From assembly GCF_018350175.1 (NCBI RefSeq), contig NC_058368.1, positions 80,974,001 to 81,038,000 of the forward strand: 64,000 nt of DNA, given 5' to 3'. Made by a program: the position numbers and the translations under genes. The DNA is from Felis catus (taxonomy: Eukaryota). Shown piece by piece: positions 1 to 11,000 of the stretch (the first letter of the stretch is position 1; each line of letters starts with the position of its first letter). The notes below the pieces were generated by a model. The model made no database searches, was not told the DNA's origin, and saw only the letters and a list, made by a program, of their open reading frames with translations.

Positions 1-861
1 AACTTGAACTCTTGGTTGCAAAACGTTGATCTGCATCAACAGTTCAAAGAAAAATACAGGAAACGCTGTCCCTTGTCCAACAAGGAGCCAATTCAAGGAC
101 ACAGCTGTGAACATGCCCCAGAATGGAACTCGCTTGCCTTATTTTGTGTCCAGCTAAGGGTACTCCAAACACATTACCTTCATTTGCTTTGTCTGCTTCT
201 CGTTTGCATCATCAACAGCTCGTCTGACCTCTGTCCATTAGCAATACCAAGAAAAAAATTTCTTGTCCTCAATTAAAGTGTCTTTTTGAGCCTCCTGCTT
301 CCTAATTGTTTCACCTCTGCCTGCAGAAGCACCAGGAAAAATTCTTCTTGTTCACCCTAAAGTATTGCTCCTGAGTTGTAGGATATTAGATTCATCAGAA
401 ACCTGTGTGGCCACCTGGCTCATTTCTAGCCTGTATTATGCCCACGAGAGAGCTTTAGTGAGGTTTGGGGGCTTGCTCATAAATGGGTATGCGTGGACCC
501 CTAATGCCTGGAGATTCTCTGAGTCTTGGCATGTAAATAGAAAAGCAGGATGATAAACGTGGGTGTTTATCCCAGAAATAAGCTCTTCCCAAAAGATTGG
601 CGACCTGTTTATTCTCCAGTTTGCTTTCATCGTTGGCCTCAGTCACATGAAATTGTTGGTACTCTCTTTAAAGTGCTGGAAAACACTATTTTTAAATGCT
701 CAATCAGGAAGCCAGACACCCTGGAAGACCCGTGTTCCAATTGTCCCCAACTACGAAGATACTGTAGGTTCAGTGAGTCTTTGAGAGCAGAAAATCCGCA
801 TCTCGGTCATCGGACCTAGCGTCCTTGGATAGAACAACGAGTCTGTAGCTCAGTTTTAGGG

Positions 862-1426
862 CAGAGGTTGGTTGGCCGCCTGTGGCCCGGGGGCCAGATC
901 TGGTCCACGCGCATTTTCTGTGGCTGCTGACCTAAGAATGGATTTTACATTTTTGAATGGATGGCAAGAAAATTAAAAGAAGAATGGCATTTTTGTGGTA
1001 CATGAAAATGATATGAAATTCAAATGTCAATGGCCCTAAATAAAGTTTGCTTGGCAGACAGCCATGCCTATTTGTCTACACGTGGCTTCTTTGAGACTAT
1101 GAAGGCAGAGAGAGAGAGCGTTTGGCTTGCAAAGTCAAAAATATTTATTATTTTATTTTTATTTTTATTAGTTTTTAAATAATAAAAATTAATTTTTTTA
1201 TTTTTTATTATTTTTTAAAGTTTATTTTGAGAGGGAGAGCGAGCCCGCACAGGGGAGGGGCTGAGAGAAAGGGAGAGAGAGAATCCCAAGCAGGCTCTGC
1301 ACTGTCAGTGCAGAGCCCGACGTGGGGCTCGAACCCACGAACCGAGAGATCATGACCTGAGCCGAAACCAAGAGTCGGATGCTTGGCGCCCCATCTGTCC
1401 TTTAGAGACAGAGTTTGTGACACGTG
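862..1426 (+). mobile_element. MER58B-like hAT-Charlie non-autonomous DNA transposon, interrupted by a SINE
   Basis: Matches recalled MER58B consensus blocks: ctaagaatggattttacatttttgaatgg, tgaaaatgatatgaaattcaaat, taaataaagttt, gcaaagtcaaaaatatttatta. Resumes after the SINE with atctgtcctttagagacagagtttg. Confidence 0.8.
1148..1392 (-). mobile_element. CAN-SINE (SINEC_Fc type) with long A/T tail and a short deletion in the head
   Basis: Reverse complement reads GGGGCGCC..AAGCATCCGAC..CTCAGGTCATGATCTC..GGGTTCGAGCCCC..(CT)n..A-rich tail. Confidence 0.93.
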
Positions 1427-1959
1427 TGCTGAGGGTCACACCTGGCACTTTGCTTGCTTTCTTTCATGTACATCATCTGCCCTGAAAATTCACTAAGTTC
1501 TGCTTAGGTATGTGGCACGGTGGCTCTGAAATATTTCCACTCTACTCTCAGCCCACGGAGTGGGAAACTTCCAAATGCAACAAAGACATCAACACTTGAT
1601 GGTAAATGAAAATACACAGTGGTGGACCGTCTGGCATTAAAGACCCGGGCACGGCAGGCAAACCAAACCAGTCCCAATTTCAAATCATTCTCCCTAAATA
1701 TAATGCGTTTCAGGAGAGATTAAGGAACCTGCTTACTGCAGGCAAGGCAGCCACGTGGCCCAGGCAGCAGGCCCTAAAAGGACTGAGTACACTCCGCCTC
1801 CCTCCTCTGGCACCTCTTTGTTAGGTCTCCCAGGAGTCTGCGCTGTCAGGGTCCTTCCTTTGTGCAGAAGGAAGCAGCAGGGGAGTGTGGGCAGGGCTGC
1901 TGCTAATCTGCAATCCAATGCACATTTGTTTTTCTGTTGTTTGCTTCAGAGTTTCTGGA

Positions 1960-2300
1960 ATCTATCACTTATATGGATTATGTAATAAGAGCCAATCAGC
2001 TCGGTGAAAACCAGCTTCCGAAAGGCAGGAAGTTTAATTTAAAAAAAAAAAAAGATGGGACTAGTTTATGCCAGGTTATAAAAGTGAGGTTGACCCCAGT
2101 CTCCCTTTCCCCTCGGAGTCACGGCTCTATAGTTGGCTAGCTTTCCAGTAATTGAATCTGAAGGTCGTGTCCTGTTCTTTAAGAATTGCCAATGGAGTCT
2201 TGTAATCCTCTCCTGGCCTCCTCGGTGCATCAGGACTTTGGTTTATTGACATGTAATTAGATCAGGCTGTCACTACATCACTGTCAGCGTAGACATCACG
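1960..2300. promoter_or_regulatory. Candidate enhancer/promoter-like island
   Basis: Repeat-free and AT-richer than flanks. CCAAT 1992-1996, CAGGAAGT near 2027, TATAAAAG 2077-2084, TTTATTGACATGTAATTAG near 2243-2260. Confidence 0.35.
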
Positions 2301-3244
2301 GAGTACGCAGCTGATCCATGCAAGATCTCTGCTGGGATGCCACCTGGCCTTGTCAGTCCTCCAGTCGAGGGCTACATCTCCTTTCCTGTGCCTGATTCCA
2401 ACGGTGGTGGGAACTGTGGTGGCGGAAATCTCAGGATTTTCCTGCTGACTTTCGACTGTCCTGTTTTCTGCAACACTGAAGGGCACCAGTGACGGTGAAA
2501 TACTGAAGACCGGGACTGCAAACCCAACCATCCTGCATGACTCCTCCCTCTCTGGGTGACCCGCCCCCACCCTCCCCCGAAGTAAGGCAAGCATAGGGGC
2601 CAGAATGCATGAAGCACCAGAATGTATGAGGGTTACGGTGTTTCCTCCCCTGAATGTTAATTGATGTGAGTTAATTTGGGAAAAAGAAGCCTAGTTTCTC
2701 ATTCTCAGATGACCAGTTATAAACAGGTGTTTACTGATAACACTAACTGACAAGAGGAAATGCACTGGGTGGACAGAGACGTGCCTGTAGATTGTCCCCT
2801 GTGTTTGGTGACAGTGCTCCCTGACACTGTTTGTTGAGTATCTTCCTCCACACCACGTTCTTCCCTGAGGCTCTGAACAAAGTACTCTAACCCCCCTCAC
2901 CGTGCCTGAGAAGGAGCAGGGCTGAGGTTTGCTGTCCTGTGAGTGTCCCACAGGTTGGAACGTCTGTGTCCTCCACTCTCGGCCATGTTGCCAGTGGCAA
3001 TGGAGGGATTTTTCTATCCTTTCATAACTCCTGTTGCAATTATTTGCATTAGCAGTTCCAGCTACGGTGGGCGGCTCAGGGGAGGTCAGCTTGGGAACAA
3101 ACCCAAACGTTCTGGGCAGTGCAGGAGGTGGCCCAGACCCCACACAAGAAAACCACCTCGTGGTTCTGTTCCCTGTGGGGTGAGAGGGCCGTGTGGCCGT
3201 GGGAAGCAGTGATGCCCTGGGCAGGGGAGGCTCTTTGTTCTGTG

Positions 3245-3505
3245 TATGGACCCCACGTGTGGGGAGGGGCGGCCCCGCGGAGGGGGGTCGGGTTCCCCCA
3301 GAGTGGGTCAGGTCCCCGCATGTGTGGAGGGGCAGGCCCCGGGAGTGGGTTGAGTCTCCCAGGAGCAAGGTCAGGTCCCTGGGAGCAGGTCGGGTCCTCC
3401 AGAGCAGGTCAGGTTCCCCAGGAGCAGGTCAGGTCCCCCGAAAGTGGTTCAGGTCCCAGAGTCCCTAGTTGGTTGGGTCCCCCGGAAGCGGGCCAGCCCC
3501 GACGG
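3245..3505. repeat. Degenerate GC-rich minisatellite, unit about 20 bp (GGAGCAGGTCAGGTCCCCC-like)
   Basis: Successive units: ggagcaaggtcaggtccct, gggagcaggtcgggtcctcc, agagcaggtcaggttcccca, ggagcaggtcaggtcccccg, aaagtggttcaggtccc. Confidence 0.75.
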
Positions 3506-4849
3506 GCATCACGTCGCCTGGTGCTGGTGGTTTTCCCCTTCTGGGAGACGTGGAGGCCCAGACCGTCCTGGCTGGAGCGGGGACAGGGACCAGACAGGGA
3601 GCACAGTAGGGGAGGAGTCTACTCAGGAAGGCCTGTGTTCTGGGGCCACTGGGGAGGCTGAGGCAGCTCCCGGCAGCGCGCTCTGACCATGTACCCCAGC
3701 AGGTGCCCTGAGGAGGCTGTGCGGTGACGGGACAATGTGGGCATCAGAGAACCGGTTGAGGGGAGTCCGTGACGCCAGGAGCTGCTTAGGGCTTGGGCCG
3801 CGGGCCTTCTCCCCTCCACGCTCCTGTGCCCGGGAGGCCCGACCAACCGTGGGAAGAGCTCAGCCCGCACACTCAGGGGCAGTGCTGGGCCTCCACAGGT
3901 GACAGGAGCCCCGACGTCACTGCGGTTGCTGCAGACAGCACGTGGTCCATCTCACCTTTCTTCTGGGGGACGCACGTCTCATTTGCAGTGAAGGAAAGTT
4001 GGAAAAGGAGGATGTGCTTGCAGTTAAATTAGAAATGCATCCAGTGCACAGTACATGTGACAAGCAGCTGTGCTGGTGCTGTCAGCACCCAGCGGGCCTC
4101 CCAGCGGTGGGCCGGGCCTCGGGCAAGCCATGCCCTCTGTGTGCACGCTGCTCTGTAGTTTGCACGAGCATCCCCTGTGTTCGGTTTTACGCGTGTGAGT
4201 CCGGTTTGCACTCTAAAGATAGCTCAGACGGACTGTTCCTCACCTGTTCAAGATCTCTTGGAGGCGACTCCCTGTCAGCACAGGGGTGTGGGAATCTCCT
4301 CTTGCCCACAGCTGTGAGGCTAACCCGGTTTGCGCCGTGAGTCCCTACCTGCTTAAGCTTCTCTGGTGCTTTCTGCATTGCCTTGGTCCTGGGGAGCTGA
4401 AGGTTCGCGTCCCAGAGGTCTGCCCTGCACCCGGCCTCTGCACCCCTGCTTTTCTGTCTCCCTGGCCCATGGGGAGTGGGCGCTCAAGACCCCAGAGCTG
4501 GCTCCAGATGCTGAGGCTCATCCCCACACCTGTGCAAAGGGCAGCGTGGGTAGAATGATCTAACCACCTTGGACACGTGTGACCTTGCCTGGGCTGCCTG
4601 CTTGCCTTTACTGCCCAGTGGAAGGCTACCCTAACTCTCTCTGCAGCAGGTGCATGTGTAGAAGGAATTGCTACAAGTTTGCCAAAGGTGTGAGCATCCT
4701 AAACTCAGAGAGGTAGTTGCTAACTCCCTCCCAACCCCAATTCATTTGGATGAACATTGAAGATGCAGACCGAACGGGCCAAGAGTTTGCAACACGAGGC
4801 CACACAGGGAGAGCTCGAGTGCTGCGTGGCCGGGGCTCCATACGTGGCG

Positions 4850-5500
4850 GTACACAAGTCAAGGGTCGCTGCCCTGGCAGCAGTCCACAGCTGGTCTATC
4901 CATCCAGTGGGCTATTACTCAGCCATAAAAGGGGGAATGAAGTGCTGACACATGTCACAGCGCTGTGGGAAGGCAGACACAGAAGGCTACGTACACTCTG
5001 ATCCTATTTGTGTGAAAGTTCCAGAACAGGCGGATCGATAGAGATCCAAGCAGATGGCGGTCACCAGGTTGGGGGGGAGGGGAGCTGAATGAGGAGAAAC
5101 TCTTCAATGGGCACGGGGTTTCCTTTGGGATTCTGGAGTTAGATGGGAGTGTTAGTTGCACAGCATTGTGAATACAAGAAATGCTGTTGAACTGTTCATT
5201 GGAAAATGGTTTGTGTTACATTATGTGAATTTTTAAAAAAATTTATTTCAATTTAATTTAATTTAATATTTTAAGTGTTTATTTACTTTTGAGAGAGAGA
5301 ACGTGAGTGAAGGGGAGCAGAGAGAGAGACACACACACAGAATCTGAAGGAGGCTCCAGGCTCAGAGCTGTCAGCACAGAGCCCGACGCGGGGCTCGAAT
5401 CCACGAACCATGAGATCGTGACCTGAGCCGAAGTCGGTCGCTCAACCGACAGCCACCCAGGTGCCCCTGTGAATTTCATTTTAGTAAAACACTTTAGAAA
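4850..5500 (+). mobile_element. L1MB-like LINE-1 3' end fragment, interrupted by a SINE
   Basis: tattactcagccataaaagggggaatgaagtgctgacacatg and gttgcacagcattgtgaatac..gaactgttcattggaaaatgg are typical of L1MB 3' UTRs. Confidence 0.75.
5233..5467 (-). mobile_element. CAN-SINE (SINEC_Fc)
   Basis: Full head, body and tail on the minus strand. TSD TGTGAATTT at 5224-5232 and 5468-5476. Confidence 0.95.
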
Positions 5501-6499
5501 AATGCTTAAAAGGCACTGTACAAGGGGAAAAAGACGCTGTCTCTCTGTTTGTGTTCCATTAGCAGGTAGAGTCTTCCAACTGATATTTTTGGCTGCAGCT
5601 CTGATTGGCATCTAGTGCTTAGGGGATGGCTGTCTCTGCTCAGACCTCCGTGGGTGTGTTGACCTTGACTTCGCGTCAAAGCCAGCTTTCTTCTGGCTTC
5701 CTGGAGGCTTGCTCCTTACCAAGGATTAAATCAGATGCTGCATAGTGGATTTGGTGTGGAATTTTGGTTTGAGCAGGACAGTATTTATCCTTTGTGAAAG
5801 ATTGGTCAGGTGGGCTTATGTATTGACAGTTTATTTTATGAGAGGAAACACAAACTCTACCAGATTTTCTCTAGGTTTTAAAAGAAGCAGTGAGAGCATG
5901 TTGGTCACTAGGTTACTGGTGTCTGTGATTTCATTACAGATTTCATCAGCTGCGCTTCTCAGAAAGGGAGATGAGGTATTTCATTTAGTGAACTGGGCTG
6001 AGTTTCTGCCTCAAAGAGCTCCTGGGTCTCTCACAGTCTGGTCTGCGCAGTGGGTTCCCGATCCTTCCTCTCCATGGAACCTTCTCTCTGGCTGCACCCA
6101 GATCGGACCATCTGTAGTCTGTCGTGGTGGTTCTGCATCGGCCTTGACCACCCCGGTCAGTCCAGCCGGGGGCAGGATTTCCAGGCGCTGACTGCACACC
6201 TCCCAGGTACAGGTCACAGCCGTCTCGTCCAGTGGAAAGCACAGCCCTTGCTCTCAAGGGCGCCTGGCCCTGGATGTGGCAGCAGGTGCGTCGGTACCCA
6301 GATGCTCTTAGCTGGAGTTCCGTAAAACTCATTTCGCAGGGGAAATAAACCTGCATTTCACATTCTGGAAATGCTAGCAGGCTGTAGGAAGTGGAGACAG
6401 TTTTCACAAACAGACTGAAATTTCAGGTGGATTTTAAGGGATGGGTGGAATTTACCTTGTATTTGAATTTAATACCTGTTATTATTATTTTAGATAGCA

Positions 6500-7520
6500 A
6501 AGGTAGACGCAGCTAGTATCCCCAAATCAGAAAATACAAACAGGTAGAAAAAGAACAGACCAAAAACGAACATACCTGACTAATGAAGAAATAAGACTGT
6601 GGGAAGGAACATTGGCATGATCTTTCCAGAACCTCCCTCGCCCCTTTTCTCCCCTTCCCTTCCCGTCCCCACCTCTCCGTCCCCCACCCTGCCTTACTTT
6701 AGTCTGTGTATATGGTCTATTGGTAGGCTGCTTCGTAGGGACCAGGCACTATGCTAATGGTGCACACACAGACACACACACACGCACAGAGAAATAGGAT
6801 CATGATGGTCATAATCTGCCCTCTTCTCCTGATGGCATATTGACTTTTCCAGTGTAAGCAAATTTGTTTCTATGGCACAATTTTAAATGGCTTCAAACTA
6901 TTGTGTTATGAAGCTAGGTGATGATTACACACTCTCTTGTGTTGGGTTTTCCCATTCTGGCTGGTGTAGTCCCCATGATGAACACCCTGGTGCTAATCCT
7001 CTTGAGGATTCTTTTTCCTTCGATCAGTTCTCAGGATCATTGCATCAGTGGGCCTGTACATGTTACAGGCTTTTTTCCAGAATGTCGCTGAACAGTCCCC
7101 TCAAATGCCTGGATTTATGCTCTGATCAGTGGAACGGTGTTGTGTCTGCTGCCCTGAGAGTTTGCTGAGAGTTTGGCCAGTTTGATAGGTGAAAAGTCAC
7201 CACGTGTTTGCATTTATTTGATCATTGCTGACTGTTAAGTTTCCTATGTTACCTCCCTGTTTTGCCCTCCTCCTCCCCTCCCCCTCCTCGTCTTCCCCTC
7301 ATCTTCCCCCTCCTTCCTAATCCTCCCCTTCTCCTCCTCCCCTTCCTTCTTCTCCTCCACTCTCCCTCTTCTTCCTCTCCTGCCCACCTTCTTCTTCTCT
7401 TCCTCTTCTCTGAATTACTTTCTCAAACTTCTGGCCCCTGGTGTTTTTATTATTGGTTTATAGAAGCTCTTTATTTATTAAGGGTATCACCCTTTGTCTT
7501 AAATGCTGAAAGCTTATTTG
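6500..7520 (-). mobile_element. Highly degraded L1ME-like LINE-1 3' region
   Basis: Antisense L1 motifs: ttggccagtttgataggtgaaaag, tttgcatttatttgatcatt, ttggtttatagaagctctttatttattaagg. Confidence 0.5.
7262..7410. repeat. Low-complexity polypyrimidine (CCT/CTT) tract
   Basis: About 150 nt of almost pure C/T. Confidence 0.9.
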
Positions 7521-7885
7521 TAAATGGATGTCCCTGGGACTGACCAGGAGAAAGGGGAAGAGCTTTCCAAGAAGGAAATGAGAGGGACAGTGGTTCAGAG
7601 GTGGGACTGACCACACCTGCCTGGGAAATGTGGTGAGCCCTAGGGTGAGCACAGAAGAGCACTTGCAGATGGTGTTAGAGGATCGGAATCAGTCTGGACA
7701 GAGAGGCGGAGGCCCGAGCACAGGGTGCAGTTGCCAGGCCCTGCAGTGCCCCTGGGCGTGAGTGTGTGCGTGAGAGTGTGCATGTGTGTTCAGTTAACAG
7801 TGGCCAGAGAGCTATGGTTCTCCATGTAATTTGAATCTTCCACCAGTAGGGGTGGAAAGAGTTCTCTGGTGTAAGAATTCTGACA

Positions 7886-8090
7886 GGGGCACCTGGGTAA
7901 CTCAGTCGGTTGAACATCCAACTCTTGATTTTGGCTCAGGTCATGATCTTATGGTCGTTGGAATTGAGCCCCAAGTCAGGCTCCGTGCTGAGTGTGGAGC
8001 CCGCTTAAGATTCGGTCTCTCTCTCTTTCTGTCTCTGCCCCTCTTCCCCACTCACTTGCTCTCTCTCTCTCCCAAATTAAAAAAAAAAAA
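7886..8090 (+). mobile_element. CAN-SINE (older subfamily)
   Basis: GGGGCACCTGGGTAACTCAGTCGG head, (CT)n, poly-A. TSD AAGAATTCTGA on both sides. Confidence 0.93.
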
Positions 8091-8737
8091 GAATTCTGAG
8101 AAATGCCAATACACGACACATAGAGACTCTTCTCTACACAGTAAATTCTCAAACTCTGAACTCTGACCACTAGTGATTTTTCTTCGGCAGGGACATCACC
8201 CGGTCAGTAGTGGCCTCCTAGATTTCACTGTGGTTGGCACTGTGGGAAAATCCCAAGCTCTGGAAGTGTCTCCAACTTCTGGGAGGGGGGAGGGATAAAC
8301 ACAGCACGTGCACACCGATGATGTCGGCACTCCAAGCATATGAGGCCCCATAGGATTCGTTGGCTCCAAACAAGAGGGCTCACGTTGGGTTCGAGGCAAA
8401 AGAAACTAGAAAGACGTCGGTGGGTCGGCTGGCACTGGAGCTGTGGGGTCCTCTGCACCGTGGTCCACAGAGGCCCCGACCCGGGGCTGGCTGTTTCTCC
8501 TGCATCAGACGCAGCGGGCTTCCTGCCCACGCCTCTGGCATGGCCCAGGACAGATGTTTTCCTGGATGACCTTCTTCTGAGGCAGAGGAGAGTTTTGGAA
8601 GAGTAACTTTGGAAGGGCTTCAGCCTTTCGGGCTGGCCTGCTCTGCTTCAGAGGCCAGCTCCCGCCCCGGCCAGCTCCAGATCGCGCGTGTCAGTCTGGA
8701 CCCTGATGGCTTCATAGGGTGCATAATCCTAATCAAC

Positions 8738-8855
8738 TGTGTGGGTTGAGAATGCCCCACCCAAAGTCATATGTCCGAGCCCTGACCCCCAGAACCGCAG
8801 GATGTGACCTTATTTGGAAATGAGGTCGCTACAGATGTAACTGGTTAAGTTGAGG
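8738..8855 (+). mobile_element. MLT1 (ERVL-MaLR) LTR 5' fragment
   Basis: tgtgtgggttgagaatgcccc..gatgtgaccttatttggaaatgaggtcgctacagatgtaactggttaag matches the MLT1B/C/D 5' end. Confidence 0.75.
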
Positions 8856-9109
8856 CAGCTGTCCCCTGCTGCCTCTCTGTCTCCTGGCAGGTGTCATGGG
8901 GCCGGGACAGAGCATGGCTCTCACCCAGTTTTGCCTTCTCAGCTGTTAAAATTCGAAGTCATGCACAGGAAGCCATTTCAGTAGTTTCCCTCTTTGTGAA
9001 GTTACAGGACAAACACATTACGGTTTATTTTTGACTCCACCTTCTGAACTGGCACGACACATCTCCAGAACCCAAAAAGACCTCTTGGAAAACACTCCGG
9101 GATTTGTGG

Positions 9110-9345
9110 CAGGGAAGGTCAGATTGTTTGAAAATGACTAACGATTAGTTTATGGTGCTCGTAATACAGGTTCCATAACAATGGAATTAATCTTTAGAGG
9201 GAAAAATTAAAAGGTAGTTTGCCCCCGAGGGAGCCATGCAGGGTTTGCACATCAGTATGATGAGCGCTCATCGGGACAGACAGCAGAACCCCAGGACGCC
9301 TCATTGTTTAATCAGGATGGGTAATATCAACTTGATTAATCCACC
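9110..9345. promoter_or_regulatory. Candidate enhancer island
   Basis: TTTATGG 9149-9155, CTCGTAA 9158-9164, AACAATGG 9177-9184, CATTGTT near 9302, TAATCC 9337-9342. Confidence 0.45.
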
Positions 9346-10579
9346 GCGCTTCCCCGTGACAGGGCTGCTGGCCCCACCGCCTGGCACTGCTCCCATCCCC
9401 GCAAGGAGGACGCCTCTCCGCGGGCCCACCTGCCTCTGCCCTTGGCTGGTTTGCCGCAAGCACTCACCTGTCACCTGAAGGGCAGCATGCCTGGCGGCCG
9501 CCTGGAGGAAGAAAGCTTCCTTCCCTGCCATAAGTGCAGAGGGATCCCAGGTTTCTGTGCCCCAGCTTTTACCTGGTGGGGGGGGGAGCTGGCTGCGGTT
9601 CTGACAGTGAATACAGATGCTGCCGAGTCGGACGTGTCCGTGGGGACCCCGCATCCCGCGTCTGCAGATATGGCCACTCACTGTCCGTGCACGATTCTTT
9701 CTGGGGGAGGGACGCACTTTTAGGAGACACAGAAAGGACTCTGGGATGCCCCAGTGGCTGGCTCTGCCTTGATGGGCCCCAGAGTCGGAGGGCCCAGACA
9801 GAGCCTGGCATGGAGCCTGAACCCCGAGGGGAGGAGTTAAGGTCCAACAAACAGGCTCTGCTGTCCTCACTTGACCACAGTGTTCTGGGGCCAGCCGAGA
9901 CCACTCCTCTCCCACCACAAGAAAATTACTGAACTGATGTACCTGTTTTGATTGGTACAGTTTTCTCTCGGGGTGAGCATGCTCGTGCGTTTATGGGTAC
10001 ATCCAAGGTAATCATTACATGGCGGTGTGCATGGGTGGGGCGTCCTGGGTGCCGCTGCAGAGCAAACGTGAGGCCCTGCCTTCCATTATGTGTGACGGTG
10101 TGTTTGTAGGGACGCTGACTCAATAGGAAAGGTGGGCACGCGTGTGTGTCCTAATTGAGGCGGGAGGCGGGGGCGGGGGGCCAAGACTGACCTGGGAGGG
10201 GGAAAATGAGTGGTAAGAATGGACGGCGTTCTTCCTTTTAATCGCGCTGTCCTTGGCAAGTGTAGGGGAGGCTGGAGGAACAATGGGGCGCTCTCTGGTG
10301 AGACCTTGTGGCGCTTTGCACTCGGGGGTTTGAAACGGCGCCTTGTTCGCCTGCGTGTGCACAGCCTTACGGTTCCACCGTCTCCTGACCTTACAGTCTC
10401 GGGGTGGTTGTGCAAAGTGCCGGCTTTCACAACTTCCAGATCATGTTGTAAAGGCGGCAGAGACCAGCAGCGTGCACGTGCTAGCATGATGTCAGTTAGC
10501 CTTAAGGAGAACGAGAGCTTGGGGTTTTGAAACTGCTCAACAGCAAACAGGGAGCTTTTATCAACGTTACTCACAAGAA

Positions 10580-11000
10580 GAAGAATTTTCTGTCATTTTA
10601 CTTTACAACACAATTAAATAAGGGATCGTGGTGAGCACACTATTATGGCTGCGCAGTAAAATTTATATTAAGAATCTCACTGTTTACAAAACATATTGTC
10701 TTGTAAAATGTTGCTTGTTTCATTTTAGGGAAAACACAAAAACCTCTCACACAATAAAGCATCCTCTTAACATCTTATAACAATATATTAAAACCATACG
10801 TGCCGCTAGGCCAGCAGGATGGATTTCCTCTGAAATTCTGGATATTAGCATATTAGTGATTGAAAAAGCTATTATTTGCCCTCAAGGGAAAATCTCTTAG
10901 CATCTTTCACCAGCAAAATTTTGAAAAGATATGTATTTAAAATAAATCTGCACCTTACTTTTGAAAGAAAAGTGTAACTATACCAACAATTTAGCGGCCG
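10580..11000. promoter_or_regulatory. Candidate enhancer island
   Basis: About 400 bp AT-rich, high-complexity, repeat-free block in GC-rich surroundings. TGTTTAC 10681-10687, CAATTAAA, CAATAAA, TATTATGG. Confidence 0.45.

Noticed and set aside
3245..3505. Possible CRISPR-like repeat-spacer pattern
   Set aside because: Units are contiguous and degenerate without unique spacers, and the context is mammalian.
2691..3661. 225-aa (-) and 180-aa (+) ORFs
   Set aside because: They run through the GC-rich minisatellite and show no homology I recognise.
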